DNA of 64,000 bases. Origin: Tyzzerella sp. Lineage in GTDB: Bacteria; Bacillota; Clostridia; Lachnospirales; Lachnospiraceae. The notes below the pieces were generated by a model. It was not told where the DNA came from. It saw only the letters and a list, made by a program, of their open reading frames with translations, and did no database searches. This document shows, piece by piece, positions 29,661 to 40,610 of the stretch. Both the position numbers and the translations under genes were made by a program. The DNA lies in contig JAFUOS010000025.1 of assembly GCA_017472665.1 (NCBI GenBank), forward strand, positions 3,072 to 67,071, written 5' to 3'. Positions within the stretch are counted from its first letter, which is position 1, and each line of letters opens with the position of its first letter.

Positions 29661-29692
29661 TCCAAACCATAGGCCTAATTTATTTAGCTGTC

Positions 29693-29863
29693 TACATGCA
29701 AGGCTATTTTAATCACTGCAGATCTTACAATTGAATATAAGGAACACATAAAATTATAAAAATAAAAAATAAGAAGAAAGTGAACCTTACATTGAGATAA
29801 CCCTAAACCCTACTCGAGAGAGTATAAATCTGTTCTGCAGTGATTAAAATAGTCTTGCATGTA
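29693..29863 (+). repeat. 30-bp inverted repeat enclosing a 111-bp A-rich segment
   Basis: TACATGCAAGGCTATTTTAATCACTGCAGA versus TCTGCAGTGATTAAAATAGTCTTGCATGTA; one mismatch. Confidence 0.85.
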
Positions 29864-29879
29864 TTCATATTCATTATAC

Positions 29880-29987
29880 GAAGGGATGGCTTCATCACCC
29901 GTTCCCTTCACTTTTTCTGAAGAGGTGGACTTGTCACCCATCCTCTTCACTTTTTCTGAAGGGCAGGGAATTCTAAAATTCCCTGCT
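29880..29987. repeat. Tandem 39-bp hairpin units plus a third hairpin
   Basis: TCACCCGTTCCCTTCACTTTTTCTGAAG (29895) and TCACCCATCCTCTTCACTTTTTCTGAAG (29934); then GCAGGGAATT/AATTCCCTGC. Confidence 0.6.
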
Positions 29988-30010
29988 AAAGTATTTTATA
30001 GAGAAAAATT

Positions 30011-30256
30011 CTATTGTTTTCCAATCGCTTGTTTCAAAGCACGGGCTAATTGGTCCGGACAGGATGTAGGACGTGGACCACAGTGGATGCCTTCCATGCG
30101 GGCGATGGCTTCATTTACATCCATTCCTTCCACGAGGCGGGCAACACCTTGGGTATTTCCAGAACATCCTCCGATAAATTGAACTCCTGTTACTTTATTA
30201 TCTACGATATCAAATTTAATTGCCTGCGAGCATACGCCGCGAGTTCTATATTCCAT
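30011..30256 (-). CDS. TIGR03905 family TSCPD-domain protein
   Basis: GVCS, GGCSGN, CGPRPTSCPDQLA. Confidence 0.92.
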   Translation of the reverse strand: MEYRTRGVCSQAIKFDIVDNKVTGVQFIGGCSGNTQGVARLVEGMDVNEAIARMEGIHCGPRPTSCPDQLARALKQAIGKQ

Positions 30257-30433
30257 ATTAAAGTCCTCCCAAATTTGTATTATTTCATTATTTTAACCAT
30301 TATAACAGACCATTTTCAAAAAAACTAGGGATATTCACATAAAGTATTGAAAATTGATAGCATAAATGATATCATGCTGTTGTGGGAATACTAAAAAAGT
30401 GATGTGCTATTAGTAATGAGTTGAAGATTACGA

Positions 30434-30805
30434 ATGTACACAGTTGAATTTTATGAAAAATCAAACGGGGAATCTGAGATTTGGGAGTATCTTGAATGTC
30501 TACGAAGTAAGGCTGCAACAAGCAAAGATGCTCGCATACAGTATAAATAAATTAGTCTATTCATTCAACTTCTCCAAGAGAATGGTACATATTTGCCCTC
30601 GAATGTAACAAAGCACATTGAGGACGGAATATGGGAATTGCGACCAGGAAATAATCGTGTTTTTTACTTTTTTTATGAGGATGATATATTTGTCCTCTTA
30701 CATGCATTTCGTAAAAAGACGCAGAAAACACCGCGCCGCGAAATCGAAAAGGCGAAGAATGAACGCGAGGACTACCTTTCTAGAAAGGAGCAAGGGAAAT
30801 TATGA
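30434..30805 (+). pseudogene. HigB/Gp49-like RelE toxin with an in-frame nonsense codon
   Basis: MYTVEFYEKSNGES.. in frame with ..IWELRPG..LLHAFRKKTQKTPRREIEKA; TAA at 30548-30550. Confidence 0.8.
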
Positions 30806-31080
30806 AGACATGGGAAGATTATAAAAAACATGCAAAGAGTATTGATTCTCAGATCCAAAAAGATTTTGAAGAAGTAGAGGAAGTGGCTGTCATAATCAGT
30901 GCGATGGTTAAACGTCGTAATAATTTGGGCCTTACACAACGCGAATTGGCCGATATGTGTGGTATGCCACAATCTTCTATTGCGAGAATGGAATCACATA
31001 AAACAACACCGAACTTAGATACGTTGATTAGATTGTTAAATGCTTTGGGGCTAAGGTTGTCAGTCACGGTGATTAACTAG
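30802..31080 (+). CDS. XRE HTH antitoxin (HigA-like)
   Basis: LTQRELADMCGMPQSSIARME..PNLDTL; palindrome TGATAGCAT-AA-ATGATATCA upstream at 30355-30374. Confidence 0.85.
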   Translation: MKTWEDYKKHAKSIDSQIQKDFEEVEEVAVIISAMVKRRNNLGLTQRELADMCGMPQSSIARMESHKTTPNLDTLIRLLNALGLRLSVTVIN

Positions 31081-31094
31081 AATGAAATAAATCT

Positions 31095-31140
31095 GATATG
31101 TACCCTCTTTACTGGACACCCAGTAAGGAGGGTATTTTTT
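31095..31140 (+). mobile_element. Possible isolated IS3-family end / terminator hairpin
   Basis: TGATATGTACCCTCTTTACTGGACACCCAGTAAGGAGGGTA resembles IS3-type terminal repeats (from recall); no transposase follows. Confidence 0.35.
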
Positions 31141-31196
31141 GTTAGTCGCCGTCATTCATATTAAAGATAGATTTCCTCACATTTCTCAACTTCCTG

Positions 31197-32417
31197 TTAA
31201 ATTATCGGCGTTATATTTTGTATTTTGTTGTACAAATCATTTAGTTCCTGAATTAAACGCTTGATTTTGGTATCGTTCGAGGTTTTGGTTACCTGGATCA
31301 GATTAGTAACGATATTTCTACCGGTATGTATATCAATATATTTCACGAGATTGCCATGATCAAAAAAGAGCACATCTCTTAAGATGCCCTGTTGCATCTC
31401 TTTTTTGATTAATTCATGATCACAGTTCAAATAGTATTTTTTTCGATCGTCAACGGCCAACGCTAAAAGTTCGGACAATTTATCATAGGCGTATTGGTTG
31501 TGAAAGATTGCATCTTTCAAGACCCATTCAATATAATCATTGTTGCTTTCGAGTAAAGCATTAATAAGTTCGCTTAAAAAAGGAAATATAAGTCGATTTG
31601 TTTTGTTAAATTGGTTAGTGATTTCAAACTCTTTCGAAAAATATTCCAGTATTTCATCACTTGCACCTGCAAGAGCTTTTATTAACTCTTCATCAAAAAA
31701 GTCATCAAAATCTTTCGGTGCGCCCGAATACAAACAAGCCTGATAAAGTGGTGGTATTTCCCTGGCGTGAAGTTCTGTCAGCATTTGAATATCATTACGC
31801 TTGATTGCGAGAACAATCATTTTCATTCGCAGTTCATAACGTTCTTGCATTTTGAGGCCCAAAACATTTAGGTTGTTTAATAGAAGTGGATTCCGTTCAA
31901 TGCTTGTTCCTGCGCCAAAGGCATAATGAAATAAATCTAACTCGTCAGTCCCAACAAACCAAATATACCCGTTATCCATCAGAAATTTTACAAATTCATA
32001 GTTTTCAGAGTCCAATGCGTAATCAATAACTGTCTTCCCGTATTCGTCGGCGTTTAGGATAAGCTGATCCTCTCGTTTGACATAACTTTCCCATAACTTC
32101 TTGTCTTTTGACGTTGCAATTGCATAGTTTGTTAAATGGTTTGAAGTTGTTGCAAAACATGTTCCAGCACTTAGAATTTCTTCACATGAAACATCCAAAA
32201 GTTTTGTAAAAATAGGAAGATCATAGATTTGCACAGATTTTTTGCCACCTAAAATTTGAGATAAACGGTTGGACATTTTCCGTATTTCTTCATTATCTGC
32301 AGTTCCTCTGTCTTCTTCTATATATGCCTTTCCAAATTGTCTGACAGACTTATATTTCTTGTTAATTAAATAAGATAAGTGCTGACCAATTTCCTCGCTT
32401 TTTGCTAATTTAAACAT
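31197..32417 (-). CDS. Hypothetical protein with XRE-HTH-like N-terminus and an ankyrin-like motif
   Basis: RLSQILGG..LLDVSCEEIL; NADEYGKTVIDYAL..YEFVKFLMD; RBS GGAGG. Confidence 0.65.
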   Translation of the reverse strand: MFKLAKSEEIGQHLSYLINKKYKSVRQFGKAYIEEDRGTADNEEIRKMSNRLSQILGGKKSVQIYDLPIFTKLLDVSCEEILSAGTCFATTSNHLTNYAIATSKDKKLWESYVKREDQLILNADEYGKTVIDYALDSENYEFVKFLMDNGYIWFVGTDELDLFHYAFGAGTSIERNPLLLNNLNVLGLKMQERYELRMKMIVLAIKRNDIQMLTELHAREIPPLYQACLYSGAPKDFDDFFDEELIKALAGASDEILEYFSKEFEITNQFNKTNRLIFPFLSELINALLESNNDYIEWVLKDAIFHNQYAYDKLSELLALAVDDRKKYYLNCDHELIKKEMQQGILRDVLFFDHGNLVKYIDIHTGRNIVTNLIQVTKTSNDTKIKRLIQELNDLYNKIQNITPII

Positions 32418-32755
32418 TTTATCACCTCCGAGTTTATTATAAAATTAATGTGAGAAACAAACTATCCTTTTTTTGTATACACAAAAAGGATGCAAAATTA
32501 TTTAAAGGATTTTATGTATGCTTTTTGTGTATATTATAATGAAAAAAATTTGTCGTCAACAATGGGGAATATATACGTGTAGCTGTTAGGGTAACAACAA
32601 ATGGAATTGCAGTTGCTAGAACCTTACATTTATTAAGTACAGTAAATGCTGAACGATATATTGAAAAAGGTACATTGAAAACCTTGACAAACAATTCTGC
32701 TAATGAAAAGTCTCCTTACACAATGATTCGTAAGGGGATTTTTGCGTTATTTTGA

Positions 32756-32815
32756 TTGACTTATGCTTAAAAAAGGATTATCTTAAATATAGTTAACCTA
32801 CATTAACTATATTTA
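32756..32815 (+). promoter_or_regulatory. Promoter and MarR operator
   Basis: TTGACT-17-TATCTT; perfect 13-bp inverted repeat TAAATATAGTTAA-N6-TTAACTATATTTA. Confidence 0.65.
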
Positions 32816-32824
32816 GGAGGGAAT

Positions 32825-33241
32825 ATGGAAAAGTATTTAAAGGCAAACATAGTGTTTTCAAAATTTAGTCGAGATTATATGGCACTAAAAAAAGACTTAC
32901 CAATAAGGCCAAGTGAAATGGGTGTTCTAAATATTATAACTAAAAGAGAAGGCTTATTTACTCCAGTAATGATAGCAGAACTTTTGGAAGTGACTAAGCC
33001 GATGGTTGCTAATCACATATCGGTTTTAGAAGAAAAAGGATATATTACCAGAGAGTATTCAAAGACTGATAAAAGAAGCTTTTACGTAATTCCGACTGAT
33101 AAAGCAAAAATATTAGTTGCGGATACAGAGTCCAAATTAAACGAAAAACTAATTCATTTAGAAAAGAAATTGGGTTCAAAAAAATTTGGTAAATTAATTT
33201 CAATTCTTGATGAAGCAAAAGAGTATTTAAAAGATTGTTAA
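32825..33241 (+). CDS. MarR family regulator
   Basis: IAELLEVTKP..LEEKGYI.R...DKRS. Confidence 0.88.
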   Translation: MEKYLKANIVFSKFSRDYMALKKDLPIRPSEMGVLNIITKREGLFTPVMIAELLEVTKPMVANHISVLEEKGYITREYSKTDKRSFYVIPTDKAKILVADTESKLNEKLIHLEKKLGSKKFGKLISILDEAKEYLKDC

Positions 33242-33265
33242 ATGATAATGTGAAGAGGTGAAACT

Positions 33266-33667
33266 ATGCAAAATGTAGAAGTTGAAAAAGCAATACCATG
33301 GAATCCATGGCACGGATGTAAAAAGATAAGCCCTGGTTGTAAAAATTGTTTTGTATACAAAATGGATAAAAGATACGGAAGAGATACCACAATAATAGCA
33401 AAAGGTAAAACTACTTATGAACTAAAAGATAAAGATTGCCCGCCTAATTCATTGGTTAAGTTATGTTTTTCTTCTGACTTCTTTATTGAAGAGGCAGATG
33501 AGTGGAGGGAAGGCTGCTGGGATTTTATTAGGAGAAGAAAAGACTGTATTTTTGTTATGACAACGAAAAGACCAGAAAGAATTGCAGCTTGTGTTCCATC
33601 AGACTGGGGTGAAGGATGGAAAAAATATTGGAAAATGGAACTTAAAAGAACAAATCAGATGTGCTGA
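33266..33667 (+). pseudogene. Truncated DUF5131 (phage Gp37/Gp68-like) protein
   Basis: WNPWHGCKKISPGCKNC, SDFF, TKRPER; similarity stops after WGEGW at roughly half the usual length. Confidence 0.7.
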
Positions 33668-33974
33668 GGAAGTGCAGCATGAGCTTGAAAGTACTTACAG
33701 ATAACTTTAAATTTGTGATATGAAGTATCGTTAACATGATGGATAGCAGTTCATAATCGATATATTTCATGCAAATCCTGATGAGAAAGAAGAGGGGCTG
33801 TTATATAAACTATTAGGTAAGGTTTGAAATCTGGGAGTTTATCAGTTTCAAACGGATTTACAATAAATATTCGGCATGTTAAAATAAAAAAGAAGTGTTG
33901 CAGTCGAACACAATGTAAAAAAATTCTGGAAATAAAATAATCAAAAACTATGAGATAAAGAGAGGAATTTAATC

Positions 33975-34670
33975 ATGACAATAGGAATTATAGGCGCAAT
34001 GGAAGAAGAAGTAACCCAACTAAAATCAGCGATGCAAGTGGAAGAAACCGTGGAATACGCCTCCATGACCTTCTGCAAAGGCATCTTATGCGGCAAGCAA
34101 GTAGTCATCGTAAAAAGCGGCATCGGAAAAGTAAATGCCGGCATCTGCGCACAAATCTTAGTAGACAAATTCAACGTAGAAGTTTTGATTAACACAGGCA
34201 TCGCAGGCTCGTTGGACGCAGCAATCGATATCGGCGACATGGTGATTTCTACCGACTTAGTAGAGCACGACATGGACGCATCGATTTTCGGCGACCCAAT
34301 CGGACAGATTCCGAGAATGGACACATTTTCATTCCCTGCAGACCCAGCGCTTGTAGAAAAAGCAAAAGCTGCAAATGCAGAGGCGAATCCAGATATCAAA
34401 ACATTTACAGGCCGCATCGTAAGCGGTGACCAGTTCGTATCGTCATCTGAAGTAAAAGAAAAACTGGTAAGCAATTTTGCAGCGAAATGTACAGAAATGG
34501 AAGGTGCAGCCATTGCCCATGCTGCATACTTAAATAAAATTTCGTGCGTCATCATCCGAGCAATTTCGGACAAAGCCGACAACAGCGCAACGATGGACTA
34601 TCCAACCTTCGAAAAGAAAGCAATCGAGCATTCTGTAAGGCTTGTCCAAAATTTATTGCCAAGAATTTAA
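33975..34670 (+). CDS. mtnN: MTA/SAH nucleosidase
   Basis: IGIIGAMEEE, SGIGKVNA, SGDQF, EMEGAA, RAISD. Confidence 0.96.
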   Translation: MTIGIIGAMEEEVTQLKSAMQVEETVEYASMTFCKGILCGKQVVIVKSGIGKVNAGICAQILVDKFNVEVLINTGIAGSLDAAIDIGDMVISTDLVEHDMDASIFGDPIGQIPRMDTFSFPADPALVEKAKAANAEANPDIKTFTGRIVSGDQFVSSSEVKEKLVSNFAAKCTEMEGAAIAHAAYLNKISCVIIRAISDKADNSATMDYPTFEKKAIEHSVRLVQNLLPRI

Positions 34671-34805
34671 AAAATAAAAAAGTTTGAATCGACAAAAACG
34701 GCACAACCAGAGCCCAAATCATGTAAAAACATGTAACACGATTTTTCGGTCCTCCCGATTTTTTTCCTGTATAATTGCAGTAAATAAAAAAAGGAGGACT
34801 CTTTT

Positions 34806-35612
34806 ATGTTAGAGACAGTAATAAAGTATGGAATTATTTTTTATGCAATGGGAGTCGCAATGGCAATCGGCGTGTTGGCGAAAGTGATTTCTCATATTAC
34901 AGCGAGAAAAATGGTGAAAGCAGCCAGTGAAATACAAAGGAGCAACCATAGACTGATGCGTTTGGTGAAAGCAAAATTTGAGCATGCGAGTATGGTGAGT
35001 GATAAGGTTCAGAACGTGGAAGCTTTCGTGAAGAAATACCTGTACGAGTACAAGGTGTTGGGAGTCCGACTGGATGGTTGGAGAAGTTTGCCAAAGAAGA
35101 TGATTTGGCTGATTGTAGTATTTGGAGCATTTGGTGTGCTGGGGAGTTATCAGATTTATGGAATGAAGGAACAGACCTTTCAATATGGTGCCTTTACCGG
35201 CATTTGTGCGGTGCTGGTTTTTAGTATCTCTATTTTGAGTGATGAAAAGTCAAAGCTGGAAGCGGCGAAGAATTATATGGTTGATTATCTGGAGAATGTT
35301 TGCATACATAGATATGAAAAGGCAAATCAGGGAGAGCAGATACTTCATACAGTCGAGGGCGCAGAAAATGAGACCATAGGAAACGAACTCACAGGAAACC
35401 AAACCACAGGAAGCAGCCTTGCAGGAGCCCAAACCATAGGAAACGAACGTGCAGGAGCCCAAACCATGGAAAATGCAACCTCAGGCAGCCCGCTTCCAAA
35501 CAACGCATCCGCAGGCACCCCATTTTCAGAAACACCTCAGCCGGAGCTCTCCAAAGAGCGCGAAGAACAGGAAATGCGCATCCGTGCAATACTGGAAGAA
35601 TTTTTAGCTTGA
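34806..35612 (+). CDS. Hypothetical membrane protein
   Basis: Three TM segments, strong RBS, low-complexity linker before IRAILEEFLA. Confidence 0.75.
   Translation: MLETVIKYGIIFYAMGVAMAIGVLAKVISHITARKMVKAASEIQRSNHRLMRLVKAKFEHASMVSDKVQNVEAFVKKYLYEYKVLGVRLDGWRSLPKKMIWLIVVFGAFGVLGSYQIYGMKEQTFQYGAFTGICAVLVFSISILSDEKSKLEAAKNYMVDYLENVCIHRYEKANQGEQILHTVEGAENETIGNELTGNQTTGSSLAGAQTIGNERAGAQTMENATSGSPLPNNASAGTPFSETPQPELSKEREEQEMRIRAILEEFLA
35370..35490 (+). repeat. In-frame 30-bp tandem repeats
   Basis: ACCATAGGAAACGAA..GCAGGAGCCCAA units (TIGNELTGNQ, TTGSSLAGAQ, TIGNERAGAQ). Confidence 0.7.
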
Positions 35613-35702
35613 CATTTTAGTCTGATAAAACTTGATAAAACCAGATACATTTGATAAAATGAACTTGACTATGAGACCTATTACAGAAGGGAAGGATAAA
35701 AA

Positions 35703-37052
35703 ATGGGAACTAAAGTTACATTTGACTATTCAAAAGCAAATAGCTTTGTGGCAGAAAATGAAGTAAAGAACATGAGTAAGATTGCGGCAGACGCAAAAGA
35801 CTTACTTGTAAGCAGAAAAGGACCAGGAAATGATTTCCTTGGCTGGATCGATTTACCAGTAGATTATGATAAAGAAGAATTCGCACGCATCAAAGAAGCA
35901 GCAGAAAAGATTAAAAATGATTCTGAAGTGCTGTTAGTAATTGGTATCGGTGGTTCTTACCTTGGAGCAAGAGCTGCGATCGAATTCTTAAGACATAGCT
36001 TCTACAACATTGTTTCAAAAGAAGTTAGAAAAACTCCAGAAATCTACTTCGTAGGAAACAGCATCAGCAGTACATATATCAAACACTTGATTGACGTTAT
36101 CGGAGACCGCGATTTCTCAATTAACATGATTTCAAAATCTGGTACAACAACAGAACCAGCGATCGCGTTCCGTGTATTTAAAGAAATTTTGGAAAAGAAA
36201 TACGGAAAAGAAGCAGCAGCTAAGAGAATCTACGCAACAACAGATAAAGCAAGAGGAGCACTTAAGAACCTTGCTACAGAAGAAGGATACGAAACATTCG
36301 TTGTTCCTGATGATGTTGGAGGACGTTTCTCAGTACTTACAGCAGTTGGTCTTCTTCCAATCGCAGTAAGCGGTGCTGATATTGACAAATTAATGGAAGG
36401 TGCTGCATCTGGAAGAAAGATGGCATTAGAAGCACCATTTGAAGAAAACGATGCACTTAAATACGCAGCAGTTCGTAACATTTTACACCGCAAAGGAAAA
36501 TCTACGGAAGTATTGGCAAACTATGAGCCATCACTTCACTTCGTATCTGAATGGTGGAAACAATTATACGGCGAAAGCGAAGGAAAAGACCAGAAAGGTA
36601 TTTTCCCAGCATCAGTTGATTTGACAACAGACCTTCACTCTATGGGACAATTTATCCAAGATGGTGCACGTATCATGTACGAAACAGTACTGAACGTAGA
36701 GAAATCTTCAGAAGAAATTATCCTGAATGAAGAACCAGTTGACTTAGACGGATTAAACTATCTGGCTGGAAAGACAGTAGATTTCGTTAACAAGAGTGCG
36801 ATGAATGGAACTATCCTTGCACACACAGATGGAAATGTACCAAACTTAATCGTAAACATTCCAGAACAAAATGAATTCTACCTTGGACAACTTTTCTACT
36901 TCTTCGAATTTGCTTGTGGTGTAAGTGGATACATCTTAGGAGTAAATCCATTTGACCAACCAGGCGTAGAAAGCTACAAGAAAAACATGTTTGCATTGCT
37001 TGGAAAACCAGGATTTGAAAAAGAAAGAGAAGCATTATTACAGAGATTATAA
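35703..37052 (+). CDS. pgi: Glucose-6-phosphate isomerase
   Basis: [35 protein letters not shown]. Confidence 0.97.
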   Translation: MGTKVTFDYSKANSFVAENEVKNMSKIAADAKDLLVSRKGPGNDFLGWIDLPVDYDKEEFARIKEAAEKIKNDSEVLLVIGIGGSYLGARAAIEFLRHSFYNIVSKEVRKTPEIYFVGNSISSTYIKHLIDVIGDRDFSINMISKSGTTTEPAIAFRVFKEILEKKYGKEAAAKRIYATTDKARGALKNLATEEGYETFVVPDDVGGRFSVLTAVGLLPIAVSGADIDKLMEGAASGRKMALEAPFEENDALKYAAVRNILHRKGKSTEVLANYEPSLHFVSEWWKQLYGESEGKDQKGIFPASVDLTTDLHSMGQFIQDGARIMYETVLNVEKSSEEIILNEEPVDLDGLNYLAGKTVDFVNKSAMNGTILAHTDGNVPNLIVNIPEQNEFYLGQLFYFFEFACGVSGYILGVNPFDQPGVESYKKNMFALLGKPGFEKEREALLQRL

Positions 37053-37140
37053 AAGATGATAGAAACCAAAGCCAGAGCTGTCAGAAAGCGGCAGCTTTGG
37101 CTTTCGCATTACGAAGTATTCAAAAGAAGGAAGTGACACA

Positions 37141-38223
37141 TTGTTATCGAATCAAGTATTAAATAGAATTCTTACAGATATACATAAAATTATTGAAGTG
37201 GACTGCTCTATCTGGAGTATGGAGGGGAAATGCCTTGCCAGCACTTGTGTCGAAATTGGGAAAATTGAAAAAAAGTTATCCGTAGTGTTAATGGATATCG
37301 AATTGAAAGAAGAAAAGATTACGAAGCAGAGTGCGTTCTTTTTGATTCGTGACAATGAGGAACCAATTTACGTTCTTGCGATTCATGATAGTTTGGAAAA
37401 TATGAGCATGATGGGAAGGCTTTGTGTGTGCCAGTTTGAACATTTGCTGCAGGCATACAAAGCGCGATTAGATAAGAATCGTTTCTTCCAGAATCTGCTC
37501 CTAGACAATCTGCTTTTGGTGGACATTTACAATCAGGCAAAGAAAATGAATGTGGAAGTAGATGCCAAAAGAACGGTATTTGTTATCGAACCAAAACAGG
37601 AAAGTGACAACTTGGTTTTGGAGACGGTGAAAGGTTTGTACGCGACTGGAACGAAAGATTTTGTTACGTCAGTGGATGAGAGCCATATTGTTCTGATTAA
37701 AAGCGTGGAAACAACAGAAGGATATCCGGAATTGGCTCACGTTGCGAGAACGATTGTGGATATGCTGAACACGGAAGTCATGATCAATGTCCGTGTTGCA
37801 TATGGAACCATTGTAGATGGGATTCAGGAGGTGTCAAGGTCGTACAAGGAAGCGACGATGGCACTGGATGTAGGAAGAAGTTTTTATGCAGAAAGAAAAG
37901 TGCTTGCGTACAATGAGCTTGGAATCGGACGGCTGATTCATCAATTGCCGTTGTCACTCTGTGATATGTTCCTGAAGGAAGTATTTACAGGGAATGCACT
38001 GGAAATGTTGGATGAAGAAACATTAGGTACGGTGGATTTATTCTTTAAGAATAGCCTGAATATCTCTGAGACGGCGAGAAAAATGTACGTGCATCGTAAT
38101 ACGCTGGTTTATCGATTGGAGAAGATTCAGAAGATTACGGGGCTGGATGTGCGTGTGTTTGATGATGCACTTACATTTAAGATTGCACTTATGGTGTCAA
38201 AGCACATGAAATCGGTGCAGTAA
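37141..38223 (+). CDS. CdaR/PucR family transcriptional regulator
   Basis: C-terminal NISETARKMYVHRNTLVYRLEKI HTH. Confidence 0.88.
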   Translation: MLSNQVLNRILTDIHKIIEVDCSIWSMEGKCLASTCVEIGKIEKKLSVVLMDIELKEEKITKQSAFFLIRDNEEPIYVLAIHDSLENMSMMGRLCVCQFEHLLQAYKARLDKNRFFQNLLLDNLLLVDIYNQAKKMNVEVDAKRTVFVIEPKQESDNLVLETVKGLYATGTKDFVTSVDESHIVLIKSVETTEGYPELAHVARTIVDMLNTEVMINVRVAYGTIVDGIQEVSRSYKEATMALDVGRSFYAERKVLAYNELGIGRLIHQLPLSLCDMFLKEVFTGNALEMLDEETLGTVDLFFKNSLNISETARKMYVHRNTLVYRLEKIQKITGLDVRVFDDALTFKIALMVSKHMKSVQ

Positions 38224-38315
38224 GAAAACGATGATGGTGCAATGCTGATTGAAAATGGATGCATGCGAAAGCGGGCATTACATATATATGACAACAAACA
38301 GGAGGAAAACGAGAC

Positions 38316-40610
38316 ATGATTCAATTATATAATCAAGGTGCATATTTGTTGAATGGCACAGAACTTGTGGAAGATACAAAAGATGCACAAGCGATTATTG
38401 CTGCAAAGACAGGAAAAACTGTAAATAAAGAAGAAGCAGCAAAAGAAACGATTGCTTACAATATTTTAAAAGAGCACAATACATCTTCAGATATGGAACG
38501 TTTGAAGATTAAATTTGATAAATTAACATCTCACGATATTACATTTGTTGGGATTATTCAGACAGCGAGAGCTTCTGGACTGGAAAAGTTCCCAATTCCG
38601 TATGTTTTAACAAACTGCCACAACAGTTTATGTGCAGTTGGTGGAACGATCAACGAAGATGACCACATGTTTGGACTTACATGCGCAAAGAAATATGGTG
38701 GAGTTTACGTGCCACCTCATCAAGCAGTTATCCATCAGTTTGCAAGAGAAATGCTTGCAGGCAGCGGAAAGATGATTCTTGGTTCAGACAGTCACACACG
38801 TTATGGTGCTCTTGGTACGATGGCAATGGGCGAAGGTGGACCGGAGCTTGTAAAACAATTACTTAATAAAACTTACGATATTAAGATGCCAGGCGTTGTG
38901 GCAATCTATTTAGATGGTGAACCATCTATCGGCGTAGGTCCACAGGACGTTGCACTTGCAATTATCGGAGCTACATTTGGAAATGGCTATGTAAATAATA
39001 AAGTCATGGAATTTGTTGGACCTGGTGTTTCTAAATTGAGCGCAGATTTCCGTATCGGAATTGACGTTATGACAACAGAGACAACCTGCCTTTCTTCTAT
39101 TTGGAAGACAGATGAGACAATCAAAGAATTCTATGACATCCATGGAAGAAGCGAGGATTACAAGGAATTGAATCCTGGTGCAGTTGCTTACTATGACGGC
39201 GTGGTATATGTTGACCTTAGCAAAATCAAACCAATGATTGCGATGCCATTCCATCCAAGCAACGCATATACAATCGACGAAGTAAATGCAAACCTCAAAG
39301 ATATCTTACACGATGTGGAACAACGCGCATTAGTAAGCCTTGACGGTGCTGTAGAATATTCATTACAAGATAAAATCCGCGATGGAAAACTTTACGTAGA
39401 ACAAGGTATTATCGCTGGATGTGCTGGTGGTGGATTTGAAAATATCTGTGCAGCAGCAGACATTATCCGTGGAAAGAGCATCGGTTCTGATGCATTTACA
39501 CTTAGCGTATATCCTGCAAGTACACCAGTTTACATGGAACTTGTAAGAAACGGTGCAGTTGCTGACCTTATGGCAGCAGGCACAATTGTTAAGACCGCGT
39601 TCTGCGGACCATGTTTCGGTGCTGGAGATACACCTGCAAACAACGCATTTAGTATTCGTCACTCTACAAGAAACTTCCCGAACCGTGAAGGTTCTAAGCT
39701 GCAAAGCGGACAGATTTCTTCTGTTGCACTTATGGATGCTCGTTCTATCGCAGCAACAGCAGCAAACAAAGGTTTCTTAACTTCAGCAGCTGACGTAATG
39801 GATGTGGAATATAAAGCGCCAAAATATCACTTTGACAGCAGCATTTACGCAAACCGCGTATTTGACAGCAAGGGCGTAGCTGACCCAAGTGTGGAAATCC
39901 AGTTTGGTCCAAACATCAAGGACTGGCCGGCGATGTCAGCACTTCCTGAAAACTTGATTTTGAAAGTGGTTTCTGAGATTCATGACCCTGTTACTACAAC
40001 AGACGAATTGATTCCTTCTGGAGAAACTTCTTCATACCGCTCAAATCCACTTGGACTTGCAGAGTTTGCATTGTCAAGAAAAGACCCTGCTTATGTAGGT
40101 CGTGCGAAAGAAGTGCAAAAGGCACAGAAAGCAATTGAAGCAAATACATGTCCATTGGAAGCGTTGGAAGAGTTGAAACCAGTGATGGCAACTATCCGTG
40201 CATCTTATCCAGAAGTTGGAGAAGGCAATATTGGTGTTGGAAGTACGATTTTCGCTGTGAAACCAGGTGATGGTTCTGCTCGTGAGCAGGCTGCTTCTTG
40301 CCAGAAGGTATTAGGCGGATGGGCAAATATTGCGAATGAATATGCGACAAAACGTTATCGTTCGAACCTGATTAACTGGGGTATGCTTCCATTCATTACG
40401 GAAGAGAACCATGAAGCTCTTAGCTTCAAGAATGGAGATTATATCTTTGTTCCGGATGTTAGAAAAGCCGTGGAAGAAAAGGTGGATACAATCAAGGCAT
40501 TTGTGGTTGGTGATGAGTTGAAGGAGATTACATTGAAACTTGGTGACCTGACGGATAATGAGAGAGAGATTATTTTGAAGGGTTGCTTGATCAACTATTA
40601 TAGAGGATAA
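38316..40610 (+). CDS. Aconitase-family hydratase (YbhJ-like)
   Basis: [41 protein letters not shown]. Confidence 0.92.
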   Translation: MIQLYNQGAYLLNGTELVEDTKDAQAIIAAKTGKTVNKEEAAKETIAYNILKEHNTSSDMERLKIKFDKLTSHDITFVGIIQTARASGLEKFPIPYVLTNCHNSLCAVGGTINEDDHMFGLTCAKKYGGVYVPPHQAVIHQFAREMLAGSGKMILGSDSHTRYGALGTMAMGEGGPELVKQLLNKTYDIKMPGVVAIYLDGEPSIGVGPQDVALAIIGATFGNGYVNNKVMEFVGPGVSKLSADFRIGIDVMTTETTCLSSIWKTDETIKEFYDIHGRSEDYKELNPGAVAYYDGVVYVDLSKIKPMIAMPFHPSNAYTIDEVNANLKDILHDVEQRALVSLDGAVEYSLQDKIRDGKLYVEQGIIAGCAGGGFENICAAADIIRGKSIGSDAFTLSVYPASTPVYMELVRNGAVADLMAAGTIVKTAFCGPCFGAGDTPANNAFSIRHSTRNFPNREGSKLQSGQISSVALMDARSIAATAANKGFLTSAADVMDVEYKAPKYHFDSSIYANRVFDSKGVADPSVEIQFGPNIKDWPAMSALPENLILKVVSEIHDPVTTTDELIPSGETSSYRSNPLGLAEFALSRKDPAYVGRAKEVQKAQKAIEANTCPLEALEELKPVMATIRASYPEVGEGNIGVGSTIFAVKPGDGSAREQAASCQKVLGGWANIANEYATKRYRSNLINWGMLPFITEENHEALSFKNGDYIFVPDVRKAVEEKVDTIKAFVVGDELKEITLKLGDLTDNEREIILKGCLINYYRG

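Noticed and set aside
29880-29961. CRISPR array
   Set aside because: Only two units, about 11 nt between them, and no cas genes
33941-34582. 213-aa antisense ORF
   Set aside because: Shadow of mtnN on the opposite strand with no recognisable motifs
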